From Felis catus (taxonomy: Eukaryota): DNA of 64,000 nt. Of this stretch, positions 12,618-25,732 are shown one piece after another. The DNA lies in assembly GCF_018350175.1 (NCBI RefSeq), contig NC_058383.1, positions 6,574,001-6,638,000 on the forward strand, given 5' to 3'. Below the pieces are notes generated by a model. The model worked only from the letters and a program-made list of their open reading frames with translations, was not told the DNA's origin and ran no database searches. Every line of letters begins with the position of its first letter. The stretch's first letter is position 1. A program made the translations under genes and the position numbers.

Positions 12618-13607
12618 GTGAGTGCTTTTCCTGTGTTCTCTAGTACCTTGGTGACCGCTAAGGCCAGGAATCGGAGATCTGCACTGGCCCAGAGGTGGTG
12701 GGAGCGGTTGGCTTGGGACGGGTGCGGGCTTCTGGAGCGGGAGGTCAGAGTGAGTTCCCGAGAAGAGTCGACGCCTGGTTCGTTCTGCCCAGGGAATGGG
12801 TTTAGGGGTTCTCTTGCTTCTAGGTTCCCACTCCTCCCACTGTTTTCTCTCCCGAAAATGTTTTCTGTCTAAATGCTGTTTGTTCTTGTAAGCTCGGCCC
12901 AGATGTCCTCTCAATGAGCCTTTTGTACAGTCGCGACTGTAATGTTTTCCCTCCCTAGCTCCGAATGCCTTTCCACGCTCTTCTTACGAGCGCTACCACC
13001 TCTTATACCACCCGACACCCCTTGATCTAGTTGCTTCCTACCAGTTTTCTATTGTGGGTTGTCCTCTGACCTCCAGATGAGCCAGGGCTCTCGAATTTCC
13101 GTGGGTCATAGCAAATTGGTGTCCCGTATCTTTGTTCTTCCAGCCGGGCGCGCTTGGGCAGGGTCCAGATTCTGACTATCTCTAGCTTCAGAGCAGGGAA
13201 GATACGTCCAAAGACCACTGATTTGAGAGTCAGGAGCCCCCCCCCCCCCCCCCGCCATCCGAATCATACTTTGCCAGTTTTCATCTGTGTGACTCTGACT
13301 TTACCTGCAGAAGTTTCATTTCTCATCGGTAAGGTTGTTAGCGGAGGATTAAGGAAAGGAGGTTGGGGGGGGGGGGGAGTGGACATTGTAAACTGTCAGG
13401 CACCCCACAGAAGGGAGGGACCCATGAGTTTGGGGGATAGGAGTCTGCTATGCTGCACAGTAGGAGGTAATTAACCTGAATTTGCTTTGCCACCTAGAAA
13501 TGCCTTGTGGCTTGAAAACTGTGGTTGTTTAGATTTGGACTGGCTAATTGTGTGGACTTTATATAACTTGCCTTTATGTAATACTTTGTTGGGTTTGAAG
13601 ACTCTTT

Positions 13608-13777
13608 GGGGGTGCCTGGATGGCTCAGCTGGTAGAGTATATGGCTCAGGTCATGATCCCAGGGTCATGGGATGGAGCCTGTGTTGGGCTCCGTGCTGAG
13701 CTCCTACTTAAGATACTTTCTCCCTCTCTGCCCTGTTTGTGTGCTCTCTCTCTTAAAAAAACAAACAAATGAACAAA
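13608..13777 (+). mobile_element. Can-SINE (older)
   Basis: ggggtgcctggatggctcag head, CT tract, A tail. Confidence 0.85.
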
Positions 13778-14411
13778 AACTCCTTGGCAATCAAGCTAAT
13801 TCACTGCTCTCGTTTTACAGATAAGACTGAAGACCAGAAAGGGAATGTGACCTCCCCCAAAGTTACAGTAATTGGTAGAGCTGGACAAGAACTTGAGTTT
13901 GTAACTGAAGAGATCAGAGATCTTTCTGTTACACTCTTGGGAAGCAGACCCTGAGGTACTTTGACTTGACAGCATCTTTTTCCCTTTTAAACGCTCATTC
14001 CCTTGTCTCTCCCAACCATAGTCCTTCCCACACTATGTTGTAATTGCCTTGTCACTTTCTATCTCCTTGCTAGAATGTCACCTTCTCAACTATAGAAATT
14101 GTGTCTTACTCTTTGTTCTGTGTTCCCAATATCCACTACAGGGCCAGGCTCATAGGTGATGTTAATGATAACACCAAAAAGTCTATTAAACACATTTAAT
14201 GTAGGCATGTTGCATATAACTACAGTTAAATCTTCACAATGGTCCTATAGGTAGATTATATTATCCCCATTTCACAGATGAAGAAACAGAGTAAGGGAAG
14301 TGAATGTGCACCAAAATGGTGGCTAGTGAAGGCCTTTGGGGATCTCAGGTTCAGAAACCAATCCATTTAATTTTCCTCCCCCAGATCTTTGCAAATTATC
14401 TTGTGGGAAAC

Positions 14412-14505
14412 ATGCCTAAAGTCAAAAGAAGCCGGAAAGCTCCCCCAGATGGTTGGGAGTTGATCGAGCCGACACTGGATGAATTAGATCAAAAGATGAG
14501 AGAAG
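14412..14505 (+). CDS. BUD31: BUD31 first canonical coding exon: [31 protein letters not shown]
   Basis: Acceptor ttttcctcccccag| at 14384, ATG at 14412, G|GTGAGT donor; G10/BUD31 N-terminus. Confidence 0.97.
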
Positions 14506-15707
14506 GTGAGTGGGGGAGTTTGCGACTGGGTGAGGTGTGTCTAAGGGTCACAGGCTTAGATGACCCCCCAGGGGCCAGGCATAAATGCAAGTATCGGTGG
14601 GAAGAGACAGGCAGCGCCACTATGGCCTCCTGACACTGACGTGTTTTGTTTGCTTATTAACTCAGGAATGTTCTATGTCCTGGAAAATAGGATGGCACCA
14701 ATGAAAAGGTCCTCAAAGCCATTTTGGGGCCAACTAGATATGAAAGCTTTAGAGAATAAAGATCGAATAGCAGACCTATAATTAGTTACTATTTTGGTTA
14801 GGTACATACTTAGAATTTTACAAAATATGTTTACTTGGAAAATCCTGTCCTTTTTCATTTTCACATTTTCTGAAACAGTTTTATTATTTTTCTTAATAAA
14901 AATATTGGGTCTTTGACACTGGTTTCATCATCACTTTATTTCTGCATTATACACTAGTTTTTTACAATGTACGTTCCCAAAAAATGTCGATGATCCTGAA
15001 CTTTGTGAATCATGTAGTATGATTTTAGAAAATTTATCCGAAACCATGAGCCTTATATCTTATATGATCACAGTTTAACTACTTACTGAATTGCTTTTTA
15101 AAGTGGTCCTTTCTTTAAAGCTTTTTGGTAACTAACCCTTGTTATGAGGTCATACCTCCAACAATAATTATTAAATCATTGTTAAGTCACATTGCCTTTT
15201 TTCCCCAAAACTGATTGTATCAGATAACTTCTGTTAAATACCTAGAACTTCCAGTAATCAAGGTCATTTTTGGCTGAGAGATTTCTTCCCCAAACCGATC
15301 TCTATTCAAAATAAAGGAACCTGGAGAGCGCTATAATAGAAAAGATTTTGTGAGTCCTTGAAAATTGTCTCCAAAAGAAATATTCTCTTCCATTTTTGTT
15401 TAATCATATAGGCCATCAGCATTTCTTTGCTTTCCCATTTTTTGATAAACTCACAGGTGTAAGACCTGTTTCATGTTGTCCTTCCTTCCATTATGAAGAA
15501 AACAGTGGATGGCAGGTGGCACCAGACATGGCTTTAGTGTTGGGAACAATAGGAAACTCTGAGGATGTGGCAGACTGGACAGGGGCAGGAGCTGCTATTC
15601 ACCCGAAGCCCATTTTACCTTGGGATCCAGGCTAAGTTTTGCCACATTTTCTGGGGGGGGGGGTTCCCCAAGAGAAGCCAGAAATCCAGCTGTTTTATGT
15701 GAACTGT

Positions 15708-15897
15708 TTTTTTTTTCTCCAGGTTTATTTTGAGAGAGCGAGAATGAGCGGGGGAGGGGCAGAGAGAGAATCCCAAGCAGGCTCTGTGTGAGAGCACAGA
15801 GCCTGATGCAGGGCTCGATCTCCTAAATCGTGAGATCATGACCTGAGCCGAGGCCAAGAGTCAGATGCTTGACCAGCTGAGCCACCCAGGTGCCCCC
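15708..15897 (-). mobile_element. Can-SINE, followed by a + strand SINE fragment at about 15940-16050
   Basis: T-tail ... ctgagccacccaggtgcccc. Confidence 0.88.
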
Positions 15898-17924
15898 ATG
15901 TGAACTCTTCTAATTTAAAATTCAAACTTAAAAAAACAAGATTCCGACTCTTGATTTTGGCTCAGGTCATGCTCCCAGGGTCATGGGATTGAGTCCCACG
16001 TTGGGTTCCATGCTATATGGAACCTGCTTAAGATTCTCTCTCCCCTGCTCACACTTTAGCAACAACAGCAACAAAAAACCGCAGGTATTTGTGAAAGGAG
16101 CCAAACAAAGCCTGCCTTCAGGCTGGCTGGGGCTGCTGGTTTCTCGTTTGTAGCCTCTAGCACAACTTTTGCCTGTGGTATCTGTGGCCACACTCCTAGA
16201 CATGGGGGTCCCTTGTGTGGCTTTTGGCACAGAGGAGCCCAAAGCCAGTGGCATTACCAGGCCTGTCCTGATCTGAGGGCCACTTACAGGACAACTCACA
16301 CTTACTGAAGCAGATGGAGAGTTCCCGTTTTCTCTTGTAGTTTGTCCCCAGTGTTTGCTAGCTTGACTCTTGACCTTGCCTGGCTCTTTATGTGTCTGTT
16401 AGGTCATACTCAAGTTTTTGTACAGCTGCTGTGGCCCTGGAGGTCCCCAAAGAGCCTGATTATAGCAACTGAGGGGCAGAGATGGGGGAAACTGTGTGGC
16501 AGGGGAGTTTGGTGGGTAACTCAGAAATAAAGGCACTATTTCTGTGGACTATAACCAGGACTTGTAAATAACTGCTTTTATAAGGACTTTAAACTAGTTG
16601 AAAATAAGCATAAACACTTGCATAATGAACCTTTAGCTAGATTTTTAAACAATAACATTTTAAAAGAATTGTTGCCAAGGTTTTGAAGTTAATGGGCAGT
16701 TGCTTTTGAAGTTTTTGGCATTAGCAAAGTGGCAGAAAGCTACATCTAGTTTGCGCCACGATGCCCCTACCCCCGGGCCTTTCTTCCTGCCCTATCCTCC
16801 TAGGGGCAGGACTCTGCATCAGCCACCAGAAACGGCGTTCCACTTTGTGTGTGGACCTGTACAAAACAACATCCAAGAATGTGCACGTGGTTTTGGGAAA
16901 ATGGGTCCAAACGGGACTTTAAAAATGGGAGTGCTGCTATGATTAAAAGACTGAAAAATGACCAAAGCTCAGGGAGGGAGGCTCTGCTTCCAGCTGCAGC
17001 CTAGGCAGCAGCGTGCCCTTCCCTCAGTGGCTTATCCGGATGCATGGCTTTCCACACTCTGCCCAGGTGACCACATCTTCTCCAGCCGTGACTCAAAACT
17101 AGACTCTGTATACCAGCTGCCTATGGAGTGGCCCCATTTGGACATCTCAAACTTAACCATGTCCAGAACTGAACCATTCATCCACCCCAGAGCTGCTTCC
17201 GTTCTGAGGCCACAACCACGGACCCATCCTGGACTCTTCTCATTCTTTCTTCCTATCCAAGCATCTAAGACATCCAGATTCCTAAGAAGGGTGACAGGAT
17301 GGAGGGAATGTTGTGAGACAGATGAACAAAGTACAACATGTGGATGTTGTTTGGACCTTAATTCAAACACATGCATTGTCAGCAGGTGTTTTTGAGGCAA
17401 TGAGTGAAAACTGAACTGAGTATGGTTGCTAATAAGGAGGAATGGTTGGTTTTGTTGTGTGGGATATTAGCATTGTGGATCCTTTTTTAAAAGTCTTTAA
17501 CATGTTAGAGATACATAGATATTTATGAATGTGACACTTGATGGTTTGAGATCACTTTAAAATACTTCAGTCTCCCACCCCCAGAAGTGGGGAGAACCAG
17601 ATAAAATAAAAATAGCTGAATACTAGAAATGTTTGAAGCTGTGTGATAGGTCTTGGGGGTCCAATATGCTGTTTTGTGTACATTTTAAATTATCCATAGT
17701 GCAATGTTAGAAAATCCACAAGTCTAAATTTTGATTCCTTTTAAATTCCACCACATGGTCCAAGCTACTCTCACCTGGATTACTTCAGTAGCTTCCTACT
17801 TCTCTCCCTTCAGTCTTTTCTACAGAGCAGCCAGGGTGAGGGCTTCAAAGTGTTAAGTCAGATCACAGTCTGCTCAGGACCCTCCAGTGGTTCACTTCCC
17901 CATCAGAGCAAAACCAAAGTCCTG

Positions 17925-18525
17925 AGGCACCTGGGTGGTTCAGGCGGTTAAGCATCCGACTTTAGCTCAGGTCATGATCTTGCAGTTTGTGGGTTCCAGA
18001 CCCACATCGGGCTCTGTGCTGACAGCTCAGAGCCTGGAGCCTGCTTTGGATTCTGTGTCTCCTTCCCTCTCTCTCTCTCTCTCTCTCTCTGCTCCTCCCC
18101 CACTTGCACTCTGTCTCAGTCTCTCAAAAATAAACAAAGTCCTTATGTGGCCTTCCAGGTCAAACACTGTCTCACTGCAGCCCCCTCCTTAGTTCCATCC
18201 CCTGTCTCTCTCCCTTATCCCCTGCCCACAACTGCTGTTCCTGGATCCCTAAGTAGTCCTGCCTCAGGGCCTTTGCATTGCTGTTTGCCTTATAAGCATG
18301 TTTGCCCTTCCCCTTTTTTATTTAAAACTATTTTTTGATGTTTGTGAGAGAGAGTGAGTGAGCATGAGTGGGGGAGGAGCAGAGAGGGAGACAGAGGATC
18401 CAAAGCAGGCTCCACACTATGAGCACAGAGCCTGTCATGGGGCTTGAACCCATGAACCATGAGATCAAAACCTGAGCTGAAATCAAGAGTTGGCTGCTTA
18501 ACCGACTGAGCCACCCAATGCCCCA
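17925..18525. mobile_element. Two Can-SINEs in opposite orientation (about 17925-18140 +, about 18315-18525 -)
   Basis: Typical heads and tails; the first copy is flanked by caaagtcct on both sides. Confidence 0.88.
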
Positions 18526-19289
18526 CTCCCTCCTTTTAAATTGGGATCTAATTGATATAAAACATGCATGTTTTATATCATGCACATGATTTTAAATCAT
18601 GCACATGCACATGATTTGATATGTGTATATGAAATGATTAACACGATGTGACATCCAGGCCTTACAAACGTACCATACAGTATTATAAATTATAGTTCCC
18701 ATGCTATGCCTTACATCTCTAGGACCTGTCTTCTAACTGGAAGCTTGTACCTGTGACCCCCTTCACCAATTTTGCCCAGTCCCCAGCCCACCCCTTGTTT
18801 CTTAAGGTCTGTGATCAGATGTCCCTCTTGTGCCTTCTTTGATCACATGTATAAAGTGGCAGTCCCCCCTCTCCCCACTTGCCATCCCCTCTGTGTTCTC
18901 TCTGGCCTCTACCACTTAACCACCAGGTGCTGATCTGCTTCCCTCCTCGGAACGGGGCTCCAGACCTGCTCTGTCTGCCCCACTGCCTTGTCTTCAGCAC
19001 TCGATCAGGGCCTCAGCTGCAGCAGGCACACAGTGTGCACTGCTCAGGCCTCAACACCTGCCTTTTGCTTGGATCACAGAATCCTGTTCGTGGAGCTGAG
19101 TTCTACATCCTAAGTCATAGAATGTCCCCAAAGTTGGAGAAATGGAGGCACATTTTTCTTGACCACTCCTCCCCTTTCTCCATTCTCTAAAAACTGAGTC
19201 AAGGTGATAAAGATCAACTTGGAGCTGCTAAGAGACAGAATTGCCACTTCAATCATGTTTAAATCATGTGGCTCATTTTTTATCTTTTT

Positions 19290-19930
19290 AAAAATAACAG
19301 CTCTATTGAGACAGAAGTCATATTCTGTAATACTTGCCCTTTTGAAGTGTTAAGGGTGTTCAGTATATTCAGAGTCAAGCAACCATTACCCCTCCAAAAG
19401 AAACCCTGCACCCTTTAGTAGTGCCTCCCCCGCCCCCCAGTCTGAGGCAACCACTAACCTACTTTGTGTCTCTGCAGATAGTCATCCAGTAGGTGGGCTT
19501 TGGGGATGAGGTTTTTTTCACTTGGCTTCATGTTTTCGGGGTTCATCCGTGTTGTAGTAACTCCATACTTGATTTCTTTTTACGGCCAAATGATATTCTG
19601 TCCTGTGGGTGGGTTATGTTTGGTGTATCCATTCATCAGTTGGTTGAGGCTGGGTTGTTTCTACTTTTGGCTATTGTGAATAATGCCGCCTAAACATTCA
19701 TAGAGGAGTTTCGTGTGCATGTGTTTTCAGTTCTTTTGGGAATATACCTAGCAAGAGAACTGCTAGGGCACTTGGTAACTGTTTAGCTCCTGGAGGAAGT
19801 GCCAGACTTTTCCAGAGAGGCTAGGCTGTACCATGTTAACATTTCTGCCAGCAGCATATGATCCAATTTTTCCACATCAACACCTGTTACGGTCACTTTG
19901 ATGACAGCAAACCTAGAGGGTATGAAGTAG
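19290..19930 (-). mobile_element. Old L1 (L1M-type) 3' region fragment
   Basis: Motifs such as ggcaaccactaacctacttt and ctacttttggctattgtgaataatgc are typical of antisense L1MA/MB 3' ends. Confidence 0.7.
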
Positions 19931-20036
19931 GATTTATTCTTTATCCCTAGTTATTTAAAAAACAAAACAAAACATTGTGACCTGTGATTGAACGCTGCCT
20001 GCCACAACAAAACAAACACGCCCCTTTTTCTCCCAG

Positions 20037-20159
20037 CTGAAACAGAACCTCATGAGGGAAAGAGGAAAGTGGAATCTCTGTGGCCCATCTTCAGGATCCA
20101 CCACCAGAAAACCCGCTATATTTTTGACCTCTTTTATAAGCGGAAAGCCATAAGCAGAG
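20037..20159 (+). CDS. BUD31: BUD31 coding exon 2: [41 protein letters not shown]
   Basis: tcccag| acceptor, G|GTAAT donor, 123 nt. Confidence 0.97.
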
Positions 20160-20221
20160 GTAATTAGTTAAATTCTCTTGGCCTGGACAACTTGAGTGGC
20201 TTTCACATTTATTTAATGTTG

Positions 20222-20452
20222 TTTTTTTTTTTTTTTAATTTTTTTTTTTCAACGTTTATTTATTTTTGGGACAGAGAGAGACAGAGCATGAACGGGGGAG
20301 GGGCAGAGAGAGAGGGAGACACAGAATCGGAAACAGGCTCCAGGCTCTGAGCCATCAGCCCAGAGCCTGACGCGGGGCTCGAACTCCCGGACCGCGAGAT
20401 CGTGACCTGGCTGAAGTCGGACGCTTAACCGACTGCACCACCCAGGCGCCCC
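20222..20452 (-). mobile_element. Young felid SINE (SINEC_Fc-like)
   Basis: Near-consensus with CpGs intact, flanked by tttaatg, about 60 nt from a BUD31 donor. Confidence 0.93.
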
Positions 20453-20619
20453 TTTAATGGTTCTTATTCATACAGCCTTAGCAAATGTCATTTGTCTTAT
20501 CACTAAAAAAGGCGGGGAGGGGCCACTGTTGGCGAAATAGTCTTTTTAAGGAAGAGTGGTGATGGGTTGGGGCAGCTGTTATACCGTGGTCTGATGCCCT
20601 TTCCCCATTTTTTGGACAG

Positions 20620-20786
20620 AACTATATGAATATTGTATTAAAGAAGGCTACGCAGACAAAAACCTGATCGCAAAATGGAAAAAGCAGGGGTATGAGAATT
20701 TATGCTGCCTGCGGTGCATTCAGACACGGGACACCAATTTTGGGACGAATTGCATTTGCCGGGTCCCCAAAAGCAAGCTGGAAGTG
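20620..20786 (+). CDS. BUD31: BUD31 coding exon 3: [56 protein letters not shown]
   Basis: gacag| acceptor, GTG|GTAAGT donor, 167 nt, G10 cysteine cluster. Confidence 0.97.
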
Positions 20787-22330
20787 GTAAGTGAGGTCTC
20801 CGCCCCTGTAACATCTGATGATCAAGTTGGAGGTTCCTTTTTCAGTTCAGAAGTGTGTCCTGGGTGACGCCAGGGGATTTTACACTGTTTTGTTGGGCTG
20901 GAATGTAGTCCTTATTGCTGGATGGCCTGCTGGCCATTCCCAAGAGAGGGAATCGCTCTCTCGGGGAACCCACACCCGGCAGTTTGGCAGCAATGGCGTG
21001 TTAGGTCTGGGGGGGTCAGTCTCAACTCCACCCTTGGGCAAGTTACTGAAGTCCTTCCTCATGTATGACCTGGGGGTGGGAAGGCTGAGTCAGGGAAGCA
21101 CAGGCCAGTAAGCAGACATTCCTGTCCTTCCCCTCTGGGGCTCACTCTTCAGGTACCCTTTTTTCTAGGCCTCCTTTTCCTCAGAATTACACTGTATTTC
21201 TTCTGTCAGAACCTTGTTCTCTGGGGAGCTCCGGAATGATGCTGGGTGTGCAGTAGCTGAGCTCACAGCGTCAGCCTCTCTGAACTGGAGCTAGAGAAGG
21301 AGGCAGACAGTTACTGTGATGTTAGCCTTAGTGGCCTTTGAGTGCAGCACCCTTGGCTGCTCGTTGTGGGCCGAGCCGGGTGGTCAGACTGGACTGCTCA
21401 CCTCCCAGTTGGCCGCCTGTCACACAGGTGCCTCATCACAGGGTCCCTCTATGCTGCGCACTAGTTACAGTTTACAGAGCTTTGACTCCAGGCACGGGGC
21501 TTTAGCTCAGCGGGTAGCTCTGTCTCCCTGAATCACCTGGAAGGCCAAAGGGCAGGGGGCATCGGAGAGGGCTGCCTCCCCAAGGGAAGAATCTGGGTGT
21601 GAATTTTCTGGTAGGGGTAGGAAGAGGTGGTGAAGTGGCAGAAGCCTCCCCTCTGAGAGCCCCAGGATTCTGTGGTGGCATTGGGTCTGGGGTGCTGCCC
21701 CAGCCCTGCAGCCAGGATAGAGCCTGCTTTAGCTTTAGTTGGGTTTCACCTTCTGATCTGGTTTGCTTAGGTAAGGGTCTTGCTCCTCCAAAACAGGAAA
21801 AAGGAAAATCAACACAAACCACTGCTCTAGGGCCTTCTGTTGGGCAAGCCCCCAGCCAGACATTGGGGCCCACCTGGTCCAGGGGCTAGGACTCTTCGGC
21901 TGCCATACAGATTCAGGTGTACATCCTCTTTCCCAGTGCCCCCACTAGAAAGTTCCCCAGCCCAGAGGCCCCTGGCACTGAGCCCCAAGTAGTACACAGA
22001 CCCAACTTCCAACGTATTGAAGAGTGTGTCATGCTCACTTCATAGAATAACAAGAATTGCTCACAGATTTTTTTTTCCTTTTGTGGTGGGGGGATAAGCA
22101 TGTACATAGAATTTGCATATATTAAGTGCACAGAAGTGTAGCTTCAGGGTCCACAGTAGCTGTTTCCATCCATCATGGAGGGCTTTCTGAAGAGTGTCCT
22201 GCAGACACTCTGAAGAGCGTCACGGTAGACCGTGAATGTCCCACCACCTTCTTGGTGGGAGGATTGCTGCGCGTGGGGGGAGGGGTGGCACGTGGTGGAA
22301 GTGCGGTGTCTCAGCTGTCCTCTGTTGCAG

Positions 22331-22381
22331 GGCCGGATCATCGAGTGCACGCACTGCGGCTGTCGGGGCTGCTCTGGCTGA
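22331..22381 (+). CDS. BUD31: BUD31 last coding exon: GRIIECTHCGCRGCSG*
   Basis: ttgcag| acceptor and TGA stop. Total CDS 435 nt = 144 aa. Confidence 0.97.
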   Translation, partial: GRIIECTHCGCRGCSG

Positions 22382-22556
22382 GGCCCTCGGGCCCTGACCT
22401 CTCTTCACCCTGAACCTTGGACTTCGCAGGTTTCTGCCTGTCGCATCACACCCTCTCCTGGGAGCAGCTCTTCTCGCAGAGCGGTGCTCCAGGCCCGAGT
22501 GGGAGCATGGTCTCTACATGTTAAGGCTTTGGTGTTTATCAGCTGTGATTTGTAGA

Positions 22557-22562
22557 AATAAA
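22557..22562 (+). terminator. BUD31: BUD31 polyadenylation signal AATAAA
   Basis: Canonical hexamer about 175 nt after the stop, followed by U/GU-rich sequence. Confidence 0.85.
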
Positions 22563-23004
22563 ACTTTTAAACCTTTTGGGCCCTGCATTTGTTCTTTCAG
22601 AGAGCCAGCCATCTGTAGAACCCAGTGGGTGAGCACCAGACCCCAGGGACCCGTCACCCTTGGGACTCAATCCTGACTCCACCTTGTAGGTGCTGTGTGA
22701 CTCCGAGCCAGTTCACTTTCCCCATCGGTGATGGGGGCAAGGATGACCTGAGAGGGCGTGCCAAGGTCAGCCGGTCTGCTCTTGGACCTGCCATGGACTC
22801 GTCGGGCCCTGGGCCCAGTGTGTCCTCGTACCGATGCCTGCAGAGTGCTGCAGCGCTTCCTCTGGGCCCGACCATTCCCTTGCGCTGGAGGCCACTGGAA
22901 CACATTTGTGGGTCAGCTATGGAAAGCATCCCGGGGCTCCCATGGAGCCCTGTAAACACCACGCACTCTGTTCCAGCTCTGCCGGAAGTCCCCGGGGCCT
23001 CCCT

Positions 23005-23187
23005 TCACCTGCCTCCAAGGCCTCTGTCCACGTCAGCCTCAGTGATGGCGTCTTGGTTCCCCTTGGGCTTGGTCCGGAACTTCTGCCACGGGTGGGGGGT
23101 TTCCTCTGCTGGCATCACTTTCAGCCACTGCTTGTAATAAGCTCGGAAGCCATCAATCTTCTCCAAGTAGGTGTTTTTCTCTTTGTA
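23005..23187 (-). CDS. PTCD1: PTCD1 last coding exon: [40 protein letters not shown]...GGR*
   Basis: tttgtag| acceptor, TGA at 23007-23005, 183 nt. The eight coding exons total 2118 nt = 705 aa + stop. Confidence 0.93.
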   Translation of the reverse strand, partial: YKEKNTYLEKIDGFRAYYKQWLKVMPAEETPHPWQKFRTKPKGNQDAITEADVDRGLGGR

Positions 23188-24858
23188 CTACAAATGGAAA
23201 CGCATGGGGTTCAGAGGAGCCATTAGTCATTGCAGGCTACCTGTAGCTAATCCCAAGCCATGGCAGCTGGCTCAGGCCTCAGGGAAGCTGTTCTTGCTCC
23301 TAGGTGGTTAAAGGGAGAGGGCAGAAGAGTTGTTCGGTCCCTGAGCAGCTTATGGAGAGAGACAAAGCTGCTGTGGGGTAGACCAGACTTCCTCTGCTAA
23401 CACTCCTTCGAAATACGAGCTGCCGTGCCACACCAGGGACGTCACCCCAGCCCCCCAAGCTAGAATCCCCTAACTCTGCCTCCACAGCCTGAGTGCCTCT
23501 CTCCATTCTCAGCACTGCTGTAGTGGTCTCTGGAGAGACAGGCGGCAAAGGAGCAAACAGCATGAACCTGGCAGATCCCAAAGGAAAGCTGGCAGAGGAA
23601 TATGTACAAAAAAAACCCAAAAAATGTCCATGTTGAAGACTGTTACCACATGATGACAAACAGTCTGATTTAAAAGATTCAACCATTTTAAATCTGTATG
23701 TATCTCATACAGCCTAAAAGTACATAAAACAAAAACCTGACCATCTCAAATGGAAATACATCACCGTCGTAAGGGAATACAAATGTGATTTGAATCCAAT
23801 AAGCTTTGGGCCTGTGGTAGTCCGGTGACTTGACTGAACCTGAGAAGACCCCCGAGGGCCCTACACCACGGAGTAAAGAGACAGATCCACGAACTAGAAG
23901 ATATTGCAACATGGAGCCAACAAAAGATTAGCATCCAAAATACATAACTCGGAAGAACCAATGAGAAGACTTAACCAACTGTCCAAATACTCCCTGCTGT
24001 GCCCTCTGCCAGGCACGCTCTCTACTGCCATCTCATGAATTCTTACTGGGCCTTCAAAATGGCATTCCAACATTGCACCTGCACGGCTGTCCCTGACCCC
24101 ATGCCTTGCTGTGTCCCTGCCAACTCCCTACCCCCTGGGATTGTGCTCCTTCCTCCAGGCCACAGCTGCTCTGGAGCCACTCAACACAGAGTCTGGCTCC
24201 GTAGACCTAAAATCTGAGCCCCCTACCCCCACCCTGCCCCCGAGCCTGCTCTCTTCAGGACAACAGGGAAAGAAGTGGCCAGTACAAAGCAGATTCTTTC
24301 ACTGCTGCTGCTGTCCCATTCACTTGACAAACAGACTGCATTAGGCACTGGGCAATGGGCAGGCCCCGGGGAGCCAGCAGAGCCAGGCAGTCTCCAGCTC
24401 CAGGGGCTTATGGTTTTGCAAAGGTGAAAGTCACGTGCACGTGTAATGACAGGTTGTGAAGCACGGCAAAAAGGAACAGTGCTGTACGTGATGGGAAGGG
24501 GCAGCAGTAGTGGGGCAGCTCTGAGAAAGAGTCATTGAAACTGAGGCGCACAGGATGAAGAGCCAGTTGTGGGAAAAACGGGGAGCCTATCAAGGCAGAG
24601 GGAATACAAAAACCCCAAGGCAGGAAAGAGGCCAGTAGGACTGACCGTGAATACAGGGAAGAGTAGCCTAAGATGAAATGAGCCACAGGGACGGAGACTC
24701 ACGGGCTGCGTTTTGAAGAATTTGGAATTTCTCCTAAGGGAAGCCACTGACAGTTTAAAGCAACGGAATTCCACCGCTGAAAGGCCGGCCCTAGGGGTGA
24801 GGGGAGAGGCAGGGGTGGCTAAAGAGAAGACAGGTGAGTTGGAACTTGGTGCACACAC

Positions 24859-25041
24859 CCGATCAAAGCTGGGTGGGTACTGGGCTGCAAACTCCAGTTG
24901 GCGGATGACCACCTCATTCACCGGCACTCTGTTCTGCCTCATGTCCTTTAGGATGTCAATGAGATAGGTGTAGTCCAGCCTCTTGAGGGCAGCGTCGATG
25001 AGGGTGCTGTAGATGTGGGTGTTGGGGGTCATCTGGGATTT
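24859..25041 (-). CDS. PTCD1: PTCD1 coding exon 7: [27 protein letters not shown]...YPPSFDR
   Basis: ttccag| acceptor, CGG|GTGTGT donor, 183 nt, PPR-like motif. Confidence 0.93.
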
Positions 25042-25732
25042 CTGGAACATCACAGACATACAATCAGCAAGGAGATGGCCACTGTTGGGACAAAGCAGCC
25101 TACCGTGCGTGTCAGGCTAGGGGGCTTACCTTGCCGTTCAGGCCTGCTCTGCAGACCAGCAACCAGGGCAAGAGGGGCAGAACCCTGTGGCAACAATGGG
25201 CTGTCCTTCCCACTCCAGGAGGAAAGTGTGTGCCCCACAGGGCAGGCCCAGCCCACCCAGCTGAGGATCCTACCCTCTCAGCCCTGAAGAACTTGCTCAG
25301 AAATCAGTGGACTCGGGCAGTAAACCACGTGCAGACCACCTCTTTGGCTCTTGGCTGTAGGTTTACCGCAACCCCTGCCCCCAAAGTTCTGATAGATCCC
25401 TGCTCTGGTCATACCTTCTGTCCCTCCAGAACCGGCCTAGTCTCCCCACGACCTCCCTCAATCTCTCCCACCACAGCCACCTTGAAGACTGTCACACCCT
25501 CTGCTTTCAATGCCGGCTCCTGCAGCAACGGACCAGGGTCCACTTTCTCTCACATTGGGCCAATAACCATTATACACTTGAAGCTAGAGCATCCCCACTC
25601 CCCACCCCCATGCACACTGTTTATGCTGTCTGGGTGCAGAGGCCTGGGGGTTCAGGAGGGCTCAGGCCCTCTCTTCCCAAGTACCCCCCCACCCTGAATT
25701 CTCAGCACCTGGCCTGGCCAGGACCCACTCAC

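Larger units (their letters stand above)
11700..12800. promoter_or_regulatory. CpG island / bidirectional promoter shared by PDAP1 (-) and BUD31 (+)
   Basis: Very CpG-rich, with divergent first exons. ETS-like GGAA motifs (accggaaat about 12208, gggaagtgacg about 12437, gcggaagc about 12572) and a CRE-like TGACGCAA at 12503-12510. Confidence 0.9.

Noticed and set aside
11720..12914. Long ORFs (243, 192 and 133 aa) across the PDAP1/BUD31 island
   Set aside because: These are low-complexity Gly/Ala/Pro/Arg translations caused by stop-codon scarcity in CpG islands.
13237..13377. C17 run and G13 run about 110 nt apart (possible hairpin or G-quadruplex)
   Set aside because: Simple homopolymers, common in this window and error-prone in length, with no further complementarity or other support.
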